From IMG/VR virus record IMGVR_UViG_3300050343_000164, positions 1 to 53,887 of that record: a DNA stretch of 53,887 nt; one strand, given 5' to 3'. Shown piece after piece: positions 38,164 to 46,484 of this stretch. Below the pieces are notes generated by a model, which worked only from the letters and a program-made list of their open reading frames with translations, was not told the origin of the DNA and did no database searches. Source of the stretch: a virus. Lineage: Duplodnaviria > Caudoviricetes. Within the stretch, counting starts at the first letter, position 1. Each line of letters opens with the position of its first letter. The position numbers and the translations under genes are program-made.

Positions 38164-38805
38164 TTATTCCTGACCGGGTGCGTTTTTCGCTATGACCGCG
38201 AGCTCAAGTATCCTGTAGACGTTCTCATTCAAATCTTTTAGTACGCGTGGCCTGACCATTTCGTCAAGTGTCTCGCCATAGGCGTCGGTATATGTAAAGC
38301 CGATTATTAATCCTTCGCTGTTAAACTTCCCATTGACTCGTGCGAGGTCAAAGTCGGTGGTGTCTATGTTCTCGCCCGTAGCATCACCCCGAAATAACGA
38401 TTCCCACGTCTCGGATAAACCCCCCTCCTCTTCCGCTGCATAAACAGCCAATATCTGACTAGCTATAGGCTTGAGGGCATTCAGCGCGTACTTAGCTGCG
38501 CTTGGATTCTTTGCAAAAAATGGCTCTGCTTCTACAAAGAACTGAGTAAGGGCAGGCATAAACCTCTCAACAGCCTGTGGGTCTAACACGCCATCTTCGT
38601 CTCGTTCATCATTAAACGCTGTTACCAGATCGCCCCCGATCTTTGATGCGGTAGCTGCATCGGTAAAGTCTTGGGTTTTTATAGCTTGCATAAGACGGGC
38701 GAAGCTAGTGTCTGCGTTCTGCTGTTGTATAGCCGCCGTAGTTGCGTCTTTCGCGGACATTGATGTTGTGCCTGTCTCAAAGAGATTGTTAATTTCAGCC
38801 AGCAT
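38164..38805 (-). CDS. Internal virion protein, C-terminal part
   Basis: The frame is open upstream of its ATG (GGTSNDRAPDRATQRQ) and overlaps the previous ORF. Confidence 0.6.
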   Translation of the reverse strand: MLAEINNLFETGTTSMSAKDATTAAIQQQNADTSFARLMQAIKTQDFTDAATASKIGGDLVTAFNDERDEDGVLDPQAVERFMPALTQFFVEAEPFFAKNPSAAKYALNALKPIASQILAVYAAEEEGGLSETWESLFRGDATGENIDTTDFDLARVNGKFNSEGLIIGFTYTDAYGETLDEMVRPRVLKDLNENVYRILELAVIAKNAPGQE

Positions 38806-40175
38806 CTGTCGTTGAGTAGCGCGGTCTGGAGCCCTGTCATTACTTGTGCCACCGACATGGCTGCGATCATGGCTACCCGAGCCATGGCACGGTCTTTACT
38901 GTTTTTAAGGCTTGCCAAGTCAGCGACAGTTTCCACGCCTGCTTGCTGCAGCTGTGTTGCTATCGCCGCTTGCTCCTCTGGCGAGACAGTAATTTCGCCG
39001 GACATAACCTTCTCTACTACCTGATCAGTCGGCATGTCCTTGGTTTGTTCAACCACTTTATCGACAGACGCCTGCTGCTCAGGGGTGTCCATGGTGAATG
39101 TTGCGGGTTCGAGTTCGGCCATCTCTGCTTTCAAGCCGGTAATCTTGTCTTTGCGCTGTTGAATAGCGGGATGCTCAAGCTCCCCGTTCGCTCCCTGGCG
39201 TCGTGGCTTAACACCACGTTCCTCGAAGTCTGCTTGAACTTGGGCAAGGTCGGCCTCCGCAGCTGCTATTTCGTCAGGTAGCTGACTTCTTCGCCGCTCA
39301 GCGCGTGTGTTGTTTAGTCTTTCGCGAGCGTCGAGCCCCCGTTGCTCTTGCTCGCCCATAACTGCAAGCGGACCTCGGCTTGGGCGCGGGGCTTGCGTAG
39401 GCTCCTCATCAGGAGTCATAGTATTTTCTGGCGCTGGAGTTTCGGATTCAGCGGGCGGCTCACCGGATGCAACGGAATCAATAAACTTCTGCTTCTCAGC
39501 TGGGTCCTTAATCTGTGCAGCGCCTGCTACTACGCCTCTTCTTGTTGCTATTTGTTGCTCAGGGGGCAAGCCTGCTATCGCTTCTTCAACCCCCCTGTAG
39601 TCAGCAGTCACGATGCCTTCAGCCGCAAGTGCCGTAGCATTATCAAATTTCGTTTGATACCTCAATGTGTCCGCTAAGGCTTCATTCGTTACGTCGACAA
39701 ATTGTTCAAGGGTTTTAAATGAAGCAACTGGAGCATTCGGGTCGTTACTGCCGTCCAACGTGATAACGCCAAATGAGCCGTCCTCATTGGAAGTCTGAAT
39801 AACCCATTCGTCGTTTGGTCCTTTGGTCCACCTAGCATCTACTACTGAGGGATCAATTAAGCCATTCGATCTGGCAATACCAAGCGCCACACTTCTAGCC
39901 TGAGCATCGCCAGCTTCTAGCCCCGCAGCTAATCTTTTGCCGTCGATGCGAGTTTTAGTGTCGTTCCAAAACCCCGCGTTATCAATTAACGTCATGGTGC
40001 CATTCGCGGCGTCTACGTCTAGTCGCTCTCGTTCTTCAGTAGCTAGACGCGCCCCCTGTTGTTCGTTGAGGACAAGCTGCCGTTCCGCGCGTTCGCTAGC
40101 TTCGCGCCTAGCAAAAGCCGCGCTGCCCTGAGCCGCGCCCATGCCAAAACCTGCTAACCCATCTAAAACGCTCAT
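38679..40175 (-). CDS. Internal virion protein, N-terminal part
   Basis: AAGGA RBS; GLAGFGMG start; protein-like until about 38855. Confidence 0.65.
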   Translation of the reverse strand: MSVLDGLAGFGMGAAQGSAAFARREASERAERQLVLNEQQGARLATEERERLDVDAANGTMTLIDNAGFWNDTKTRIDGKRLAAGLEAGDAQARSVALGIARSNGLIDPSVVDARWTKGPNDEWVIQTSNEDGSFGVITLDGSNDPNAPVASFKTLEQFVDVTNEALADTLRYQTKFDNATALAAEGIVTADYRGVEEAIAGLPPEQQIATRRGVVAGAAQIKDPAEKQKFIDSVASGEPPAESETPAPENTMTPDEEPTQAPRPSRGPLAVMGEQEQRGLDARERLNNTRAERRRSQLPDEIAAAEADLAQVQADFEERGVKPRRQGANGELEHPAIQQRKDKITGLKAEMAELEPATFTMDTPEQQASVDKVVEQTKDMPTDQVVEKVMSGEITVSPEEQAAIATQLQQAGVETVADLASLKNSKDRAMARVAMIAAMSVAQVMTGLQTALLNDRCWLKLTISLRQAQHQCPRKTQLRRLYNSRTQTLASPVLCKL

Positions 40176-40184
40176 AGTTTTTCC

Positions 40185-40796
40185 TTACAGTAAAAACGCG
40201 CCGAGAATTGCTGCCGACCCTAAACTACCAATCAGCCCATAGGTCTGAGCTTTTGAGGCGGCTTTAGCTTGCGTATATGCGTTGTTCCGAGCAGTTGCGT
40301 CGGCAGCGGCAGATCCCATCTGCTGCAGAGACGAGCGATTTACGCCCTGCCCAATATTAATAAGGTCCGATAATGTTCTCTGGTTCGCGTCGCGTTGTGC
40401 TAAGCGGGCATCCGAGATAGATTGAATCCCACCGAGCGTGTTACTGCGCCCCAGACTACGCTGCATCTCTTGCTGCTGCGCTGGTGTAAGACTTGCGCCG
40501 TAGCGACTGATATTGCGCTGTGCAACATCACTTGCCATCTGCTGGGCACCCGCCACGTCCTCGCGCGCCTGATCGATGAGGCCAGTATCATTTTGCGCTT
40601 GATTGATCAGATCCTCTTCAAACTGCCCGTATTCATTGACGTAGTCGAGATACTGCTGGCGAGTCATGTCAGCGTAGGTCTTGTCGGGATCGCTCACTGT
40701 TGGGATCTGCCCGTTTGTATAGGGGTTTCCGCCAGTGTTGGGATTGCCGCCGCGCCTTATAGCCGCTACATCTGGGATGTTTCCGATTGACATCAC
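40185..40796 (-). CDS. Internal virion (pilot/ejection-like) protein
   Basis: Gln/Ala-rich, with a C-terminal Gly-rich hydrophobic helix. Confidence 0.7.
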   Translation of the reverse strand: MMSIGNIPDVAAIRRGGNPNTGGNPYTNGQIPTVSDPDKTYADMTRQQYLDYVNEYGQFEEDLINQAQNDTGLIDQAREDVAGAQQMASDVAQRNISRYGASLTPAQQQEMQRSLGRSNTLGGIQSISDARLAQRDANQRTLSDLINIGQGVNRSSLQQMGSAAADATARNNAYTQAKAASKAQTYGLIGSLGSAAILGAFLL

Positions 40797-41383
40797 TATA
40801 CCCCTCTTGGAGCCGTTGGAGTTTCCAACACATCAAGCGTGTTGGTGATTAATTTGCTCGCAGTGCCGTCTCCAAAATAACCTGCTTCATTGGCTCCCCT
40901 AACCGTCGCGCCTAGCAACTGACCGCCAGCTTTGTACTTAGCAGCGGAAACCTCCTGGTTGGCTCTCGCTTTTGTTAATGCCTCAGATCTGCCAAGTCGG
41001 GAAGCTTGTGCTAGGCCAACTTGTGCCTCTCCTGCTTGCCCCCTAGCGGTCGCAAGAACGCCGGTCTTCATGCGGTTCTCGATGCCTTTGGCGGCGGCAG
41101 TAGCTTGACCTAACTGACCTTGTATCGCAGCGGAACGATCGCCCGCTGCATTGACTCTCTGCGTCTCTTGAAAGCCTCCACCGGACAGCGCTTGCTGCGT
41201 GTCGGCGTTGGCCCTGCCTCGCAAGGTAGTCTTGTAATCGTCAGTCATAGACTTGTCGCGCATCTGCTTTAGCAGTGGGTCGTACAACTGTTTAAAACGG
41301 TCGTACTCCGCTTTCGCCACGCCCGCTGAAACTTTTTCAGCTTCTGAGGGCTTGTAGTCTTGCTGTTTCGGTCCGCATCCCAT
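40796..41383 (-). CDS. Internal virion (pilot/ejection-like) protein
   Basis: Ala/Gly/Gln-rich helical protein following the GNAT gene. Confidence 0.7.
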   Translation of the reverse strand: MGCGPKQQDYKPSEAEKVSAGVAKAEYDRFKQLYDPLLKQMRDKSMTDDYKTTLRGRANADTQQALSGGGFQETQRVNAAGDRSAAIQGQLGQATAAAKGIENRMKTGVLATARGQAGEAQVGLAQASRLGRSEALTKARANQEVSAAKYKAGGQLLGATVRGANEAGYFGDGTASKLITNTLDVLETPTAPRGV

Positions 41384-41385
41384 AT

Positions 41386-41901
41386 CTAAACTCTCTTCAC
41401 CATTGTTGCCCCTGCGTATTCATAGCCCGAGGCTTCTAGCTTCTCTTCAGTGCGCCGTGTCTTCACGCGGCTCGTTATATCAAACACCAGCGCTTTCGCA
41501 GACTCGTGAATGGCCCAAGACTCAAAAGCAGCCAGCAAAAAAGAAAAACCTCCATGTTCACGCGCCTCTGGCAGGACAAAACAAGTTTCTTCATACGCGA
41601 CCAAGTCTTCGCCAAAAAAGGTTGGGCCAAGCGACGCAAACAACGCGCCGACCGGGGTGCCGTGGTGCTCAAGCAGAAATATTCTTTTGTCTGGCCTAAT
41701 CGTATACTCATCAAATCGAGCCCAAAGCTTCTCTTCATTTAAGTCCATGTGTGAGTACACTGACTCACGCCACATAACCTCCCCGATCAACAACATTGTC
41801 GGGAAGTCTTCGCGCTGCGCTTCCCTAACAAGCAGCCCGCTACTTGCTTTCTCTTCCGTATCGGTTTTTTGAGTGCTTCGGGGAGCGGTACAACCCTCCA
41901 T
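41386..41901 (-). CDS. GNAT-family acetyltransferase-like protein (start uncertain)
   Basis: VREAQREDFP, VGALFA, FVLPEAR..G..LL..FESWA, GY. Confidence 0.75.
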   Translation of the reverse strand: MEGCTAPRSTQKTDTEEKASSGLLVREAQREDFPTMLLIGEVMWRESVYSHMDLNEEKLWARFDEYTIRPDKRIFLLEHHGTPVGALFASLGPTFFGEDLVAYEETCFVLPEAREHGGFSFLLAAFESWAIHESAKALVFDITSRVKTRRTEEKLEASGYEYAGATMVKRV

Positions 41902-42529
41902 AATTCACCTTCCTGGCTATTGGCATATCTTCATGGCGCGATCTGCGCTCGGCTTCTTGAATACTCTGCTGAAAAAGGGTGCCGTATACCTGTGCGCCAC
42001 CAAAATCAGTCCAATCCTTACTGGGCATCCGCAACAGGCGGAACAGTGCCCCCTGTACAATTGCGTCGCGGTAATCAGTCATAACGCCGTCATCACAGGC
42101 GGTAGACGTATATGTTGGCTTCAGTTGAGCTCGCAGGATGACCGCCTGTGACTCTGTGGCGTTTGGGACTGGAGCGAGCCAGAACGCGGCCTGCGTCACC
42201 TTCACAAAATACTTTGGCGTACCCGCATTACTCGCGTCCCGCCACTTCGGTAAACGCTGCTCTAGCAACCCCGTAGAGATAGGCTCTAAGTCGTGCCCTT
42301 GATGCGTTACCCACAGTATTTTATGCGTGACCGCCCCGCTTGGTGGCTCCAAGTCGTACTCGTAAATGTTAGCGACCGTTGTGACAGGGTCTAGCTCCTG
42401 CTGATACACAGGCGCTTTCTCGCACAGCTCGATTGCCGCTGCGCGGATGTTGTTTTCTATTAGGGTGTCAGGACAGCCCGGCACCATCGGCATTATTTCA
42501 GGGAGCAGCGTCTCGTAAGTTGTAGCCAT
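41840..42529 (-). CDS. Head-tail adaptor / tail tubular protein
   Basis: VPGCPD...AAIELCE...GALFRLLRMP..WTD; position after the capsid gene. Confidence 0.7.
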   Translation of the reverse strand: MATTYETLLPEIMPMVPGCPDTLIENNIRAAAIELCEKAPVYQQELDPVTTVANIYEYDLEPPSGAVTHKILWVTHQGHDLEPISTGLLEQRLPKWRDASNAGTPKYFVKVTQAAFWLAPVPNATESQAVILRAQLKPTYTSTACDDGVMTDYRDAIVQGALFRLLRMPSKDWTDFGGAQVYGTLFQQSIQEAERRSRHEDMPIARKVNYGGLYRSPKHSKNRYGRESK

Positions 42530-42531
42530 AG

Positions 42532-43212
42532 TTATACTCCCGGCCTTGCGCTATCAGCGTTAGGGCTCGTCACGACATCGATCTGCCCCTTACCCGCAAC
42601 AGCCGTCGTAAACAACTGGTAGTGACCACCTGCGCGCTGAGCGTTACCTGCGTACTCAGAATCTTTCATGAAAGCCATGTATAAGACGTAATTCATTACG
42701 GCTGTGCCGAAGATGTCAGGTATTGCAAGGTTGTCACTTGCGCCGACAGTCGCTGGGTTTGCTGAGTAAACGATCTCGATGTAAGCGTTACCACTTACCC
42801 CAGGATAGACGTAGTAGTTACGGGGGTTCTCATCGTTATAAACATAATGCTTCACTTGAGTCCCGTGTTTTGCATCCCCAGTTACAGCCGGGTCATGCCA
42901 GCTAGGAGTCTGCGCGTCCAGAATCTCCTCGGAAACTAGTCTAATAGTTCTGCCGCCCGTTCCATTTGACGCAGCGGACATGTTTCGAACAACCCGAAGC
43001 AACCGATTGCCTGAGCTAGGAATGTCCTGCTTAGTACCAGTGGCAAGTGTGACGGTGGTGTTAGTAGCAGTAGAGTCAGGTTTAATCAGCGCAATTTCAC
43101 GCTGCGCGTCATTAACCCACAGTATTAACTCAGCCTCGGGCCATCGAATGCCACTGGCGTCCTGTATCACCGATTGCACTCTGTCTATAACGCTTGCTAC
43201 TGTGACACTCAT
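42532..43212 (-). CDS. Head-tail adaptor (DUF6682-like)
   Basis: QD..GIRWPEAEL..WVNDAQREI...YYVYP...YMAFMKDSEYA. Confidence 0.75.
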   Translation of the reverse strand: MSVTVASVIDRVQSVIQDASGIRWPEAELILWVNDAQREIALIKPDSTATNTTVTLATGTKQDIPSSGNRLLRVVRNMSAASNGTGGRTIRLVSEEILDAQTPSWHDPAVTGDAKHGTQVKHYVYNDENPRNYYVYPGVSGNAYIEIVYSANPATVGASDNLAIPDIFGTAVMNYVLYMAFMKDSEYAGNAQRAGGHYQLFTTAVAGKGQIDVVTSPNADSARPGV

Positions 43213-43226
43213 ATAGACCCTTCGCT

Positions 43227-43580
43227 TTAAGAGTTAAGAGCTTGCTCCCAAGCCTCTTCACGTTCTGTCGTAGTGACAGAACGCCCTGCATACTTGTTTA
43301 CGACGGTAGCTTTTGGCGTTCCATCTGCTTTGAAATCACCAGGGTTCGCCGCCTCGATAATATCTTCCATAACTTGAGCCAACGTCTTCTCGGCCCCGGT
43401 CTCTTCTTCCGGTGCAGCTACCGGCGTTTCTTTTAATGAGTCCGACACGATGTCCGCGCCCATAACCAATGCTGCTTTCCCGATTTCCTCGCCTACTTCA
43501 CGAGGTACGCCAGCTTCGAATAGCACTACGGCCCCAGACAGAGTGGCGACTCTGAGAGGCTCCTTGCAAATAATCTTCAT
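43227..43580 (-). CDS. Hypothetical head-associated protein
   Basis: DFKADGTPK...EREEAW; in the late operon. Confidence 0.7.
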   Translation of the reverse strand: MKIICKEPLRVATLSGAVVLFEAGVPREVGEEIGKAALVMGADIVSDSLKETPVAAPEEETGAEKTLAQVMEDIIEAANPGDFKADGTPKATVVNKYAGRSVTTTEREEAWEQALNS

Positions 43581-43588
43581 GAAAAATC

Positions 43589-43972
43589 CTATTTAGTCTT
43601 AGTGGTGTATTTTTTGCCGTTCCAAGTAAAAGTCTTGTAGCCCTTTTTTCTTGCGGCTGCGAAAGCAGATCTAAAGTCCTTCGCCGCTGTGGAATCTTTT
43701 CTAAACGTCTTATAAGTGCCAGCCTTGGTCTTCACGCCGCCCGTAACATCTTGTGACTTGCTTTGCGCGACAGCCCTAGGATTACGCTTGCCCCCTTTTG
43801 TTTCGGGTGCCGGTGATGCATCGTAGTTACGATTAGTCTTTGTATTTGCACTTCCAGAGCTAGCAGCAGCTTTTGCAATTCCGCTGGAGTACCTCTTGGG
43901 TGATCTTGGTTCAACCCTCGCCTTAGAACGAGTAGCTGCTCTTCTTTGTCTGCGTCTAGTACCAGGATTCAT
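43589..43972 (-). CDS. Very basic hypothetical protein
   Basis: AAGGA RBS; R/K-rich; ends FRSAFAAARKKGYKTFTWNGKKYTT. Confidence 0.7.
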   Translation of the reverse strand: MNPGTRRRQRRAATRSKARVEPRSPKRYSSGIAKAAASSGSANTKTNRNYDASPAPETKGGKRNPRAVAQSKSQDVTGGVKTKAGTYKTFRKDSTAAKDFRSAFAAARKKGYKTFTWNGKKYTTKTK

Positions 43973-43984
43973 ATAGCTATCCTT

Positions 43985-44006
43985 AAAAAAGCCCCCCGAA
44001 GGGGGC
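43985..44006 (-). terminator. Rho-independent terminator after the capsid gene
   Basis: GCCCCC-TTCG-GGGGGC-TTTTTT. Confidence 0.9.
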
Positions 44007-44014
44007 GATCATTA

Positions 44015-45160
44015 TTACTGAGCGGTATCGAGGCAGATGACTCCAAAGTCTTCTACGCCGCCGTTTACGTCGCTGTTGTACTTAGGCTTGCGAAGACCGA
44101 AGATCTTGCCTACCGAAATACCCAGCTGGTTACCGTAGTCAAAGGTATCTTCTACGATATCGGGCAGACCAATGTCAGCCATAGCCAGTGCTTGAGCGCC
44201 GACAAACAGGGCTCGTGCTCCGTCGATGTTTGCGTCCGCGCCCCACTTGTAGCCAGCTGCACCAGCGTTGCTAGAAGCACCGGACGTTGCGCCTTCGGTT
44301 GAAAAGACGTGTCGGAACTCATGGACCATGACGCCATCAACCATCAGGCTAGAGGAACCAGCAAACAACTCGTTGTTGGGTCCACGAACACCTGCGTTAC
44401 GGACGTTAGCTAGGAAGTCTGAGTCCAGCTTCAGACTAGCCATCTGCTGTGGAGTAACAAACAGGTGGAACACCTCTTGGTTACCCGCAGCTCGCATACC
44501 ACGAATAAAGTTATCCTTGGCGTAAGCCTTCAGATTCACAATGTGGCTATAAGCAAGCTTGTCCGTAGCTGTGATTGCAGTCGTGTCACCAGCTAGAAGG
44601 TTTGAACCGCTGATGCGTCGGTGCCGGTTGGTGGTAGGAGCAGAGACATCTGAAGCAAACTCCAGGTCTACCAGCTCGTGTCCAGCAGTACCGGAAGTAG
44701 TTCGCAATCCGCCGTTAGTCTTCGACGTATAAGCAACACCTGACAACGTCAAGAACGCCAGCTGGTCCATACGGTCAGCCATGGCATATGCCAACATGTC
44801 GCGTGAAGTCTCACGGAAGTTAACGATCGTCTTCTGATCGGCAACTCGGCCAGCAATACGGTTCGCGAAGCGCAACTGATCCAGCTCAATGGTGATGTCA
44901 TACGCGCGGAGGGCTTCTTCGTTACCTTCCAGAGTATTGTCACCAGTGATACCGTCTCCAGTCATGTCAGCGAGCAGCGTCAAGTTAGCCTTGGTGCCTT
45001 TCTCCGACTTGGTAAGCTCAGTAATCCGCTGAACAGCAGCGTTCTGACCAGTACCAGCGAACTGGTTAATGAAAGAAGCGTTACGAGCAACGCGCCAAAA
45101 ATCACGGGACCACGCCTGAAGCTGGTCACCCGAGAGTGTTCCAAAGTTAGTATTAGCCAT
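44015..45160 (-). CDS. Major capsid protein (N4-gp56/DUF4043-like)
   Basis: AAGGAG RBS; LTKSEKG..A..TL, GDNTLEGNEE, IELDQLR, FDYGN, EDFGV; terminator downstream. Confidence 0.9.
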   Translation of the reverse strand: MANTNFGTLSGDQLQAWSRDFWRVARNASFINQFAGTGQNAAVQRITELTKSEKGTKANLTLLADMTGDGITGDNTLEGNEEALRAYDITIELDQLRFANRIAGRVADQKTIVNFRETSRDMLAYAMADRMDQLAFLTLSGVAYTSKTNGGLRTTSGTAGHELVDLEFASDVSAPTTNRHRRISGSNLLAGDTTAITATDKLAYSHIVNLKAYAKDNFIRGMRAAGNQEVFHLFVTPQQMASLKLDSDFLANVRNAGVRGPNNELFAGSSSLMVDGVMVHEFRHVFSTEGATSGASSNAGAAGYKWGADANIDGARALFVGAQALAMADIGLPDIVEDTFDYGNQLGISVGKIFGLRKPKYNSDVNGGVEDFGVICLDTAQ

Positions 45161-45372
45161 TTTTTGGCTCCTTTAGTGCATAGATAAAAGTTGATGGCAC
45201 AGCGCCACCGTTTTTAGCCGACTTAAAGGAGCGGCTAATCCGTATCTCCGTATCGTGGAGCGACGAACTAGCGCTTATTAACGAGGGGCGACCTCGGCTT
45301 GTTTTACGCCTGTGCAGGCGAAGACGTTTTTAGCGTGACCGACACGATCAGATATCGTTCTGATGGACGAAC
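45161..45372 (-). ncRNA. Candidate structured cis-regulatory RNA leader of the capsid gene
   Basis: Seven consecutive stem-loop/pseudoknot elements in ~210 non-coding nt, including a loop complementary to the capsid SD. Confidence 0.65.
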
Positions 45373-45383
45373 CTATCATGTAT

Positions 45384-45398
45384 ATTAGCGTGGGTAAT
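45384..45398. promoter_or_regulatory. Palindromic operator-like site (1 mismatch) upstream of the capsid leader
   Basis: ATTAG CGTGG GTAAT; the minus strand continues CTAATAT. Confidence 0.75.
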
Positions 45399-45415
45399 AA
45401 TATGAAGCAAGCCAT

Positions 45416-45646
45416 TTATACCCTGTAACTACCACGATTCTTCTTCCTGCTTACAACAGTGGTGTTGCTGCTTTTGTTGTTTCGTGGATTACCATCTTTA
45501 TGATGCACGTCTTTCTTGTCACCTTTTTTAACCTTTCCTTTTGCTAAAGCAGCTCGGCGCGCTTTGTTGCGGGCGGCACGACGCTTCTTCTCCGCGTCTG
45601 TCTTGTGATACTCATACTCTTTTTTGTAGTTACGCGTGTTAGCCAT
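45416..45646 (-). CDS. Small basic HNH-like protein
   Basis: Start MANTRNYKKEY after GAGG; DVHHKDGNPRNN..N......NR. Confidence 0.75.
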   Translation of the reverse strand: MANTRNYKKEYEYHKTDAEKKRRAARNKARRAALAKGKVKKGDKKDVHHKDGNPRNNKSSNTTVVSRKKNRGSYRV

Positions 45647-45650
45647 GACC

Positions 45651-46046
45651 TCACCTGTGTCGAGATGTTTTCTTTGCAATCTTCTTCGGCTGAGAAGAAA
45701 ACTGCTTCCCTTTGGCGGTGTCAGCACGCTTCTTACGGGACGTAGCGGCGTATTCTTTCTTACTTAGAGACTCACGGGCTTTTTTCGGTAAGTACCGCTC
45801 GCCGGTAGCCTTGCTGCCCTGGGTGCTGTTCTTCCCGCTCTTAGTGCCCCACTTCTCTTTTGTCCACTTTGAAAGAGACTTCTGAGCTTCTGTCTTGGGG
45901 CCTGTATAACCCCCACCGGATTTTTTATACCGCTGCGTAGCCAGTTGCGCCTTCCTAGCGCTCCACTGCCCCGGCTTCCCGCCTTTAGAACCAGCTTTTA
46001 CTGATGCAACGATGCGCTTCCATTTCGGCTCATCTTTTCGGGCCAT
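45651..46046 (-). CDS. Very basic protein (DUF5872-like)
   Basis: AGGAG upstream; GSKGGKPGQWSARKAQL...GGGY...SLSKWTKEKW...GERYLP. Confidence 0.75.
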   Translation of the reverse strand: MARKDEPKWKRIVASVKAGSKGGKPGQWSARKAQLATQRYKKSGGGYTGPKTEAQKSLSKWTKEKWGTKSGKNSTQGSKATGERYLPKKARESLSKKEYAATSRKKRADTAKGKQFSSQPKKIAKKTSRHR

Positions 46047-46050
46047 TGGT

Positions 46051-46170
46051 TCAGTAGCTCCTGCGCTTGGCCTTGGCTTTGGGCTTAGCCTTTGCCTTTG
46101 CCTTGGCCTTAGCTGCCGCTGCGCGTCCTGCTTTCGTGTACGGATACTTCTTTCCACCTACGTTTGGCAT
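46051..46170 (-). CDS. 39-aa Lys/Ala-rich protein (not in ORF track)
   Basis: GGGAG RBS; MPNVGGKKYPYTKAGRAAAAKAKAKAKAKPKAKAKRRSY fills the gap between its neighbours. Confidence 0.75.
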   Translation of the reverse strand: MPNVGGKKYPYTKAGRAAAAKAKAKAKAKPKAKAKRRSY

Positions 46171-46172
46171 AG

Positions 46173-46484
46173 CTAGCTCCCTTTTTTCCACTTGTTTGAG
46201 GGTGATTTAGTCTTGCTGGGTGACCATTTGACCTTGTCGGCCCAATACGCGGCTGACATCTTTCCTTTAGCGATGTTTTTACCGTGACGTGACTTAAATG
46301 CCTTCCTCTGCCCCGCCGTTTGGTTGGTTTTGACGCCCTGTTGACCAAAACGAATGGTTTTGACCTGATCACCTTCCTTCGCCACCACGATGTGCGACTT
46401 TTTCGGGTGAGACGGGGTGCGTTTCGGCTTGTTGAAGCCAGATACACCCGCTCGCTTTAGTCGAGAGTCTTTTTCACTAGGCAT
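46173..46484 (-). CDS. Very basic phage protein
   Basis: FNKPKRTPSHPKKSH.V.AKEG...IRFGQQG...FKSRH...SAAYWA; TAATG coupling. Confidence 0.8.
   Translation of the reverse strand: MPSEKDSRLKRAGVSGFNKPKRTPSHPKKSHIVVAKEGDQVKTIRFGQQGVKTNQTAGQRKAFKSRHGKNIAKGKMSAAYWADKVKWSPSKTKSPSNKWKKGS

Noticed and set aside
38896-38912. CTT AAA AAC as a programmed -1 slippery site
   Set aside because: It is not a canonical X XXY YYZ heptamer, and the -1 frame hits TAA immediately downstream (38896..38898).
45271-45306. Resemblance of CGAGG-UCGC-CCCUCG-UUAAUAA and nearby UAAAACAAG to a preQ1-I riboswitch
   Set aside because: The loop is only 5 nt, too short for the preQ1-I ligand-binding loop, and there are no queuosine genes. 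It is kept only as part of the unknown leader.
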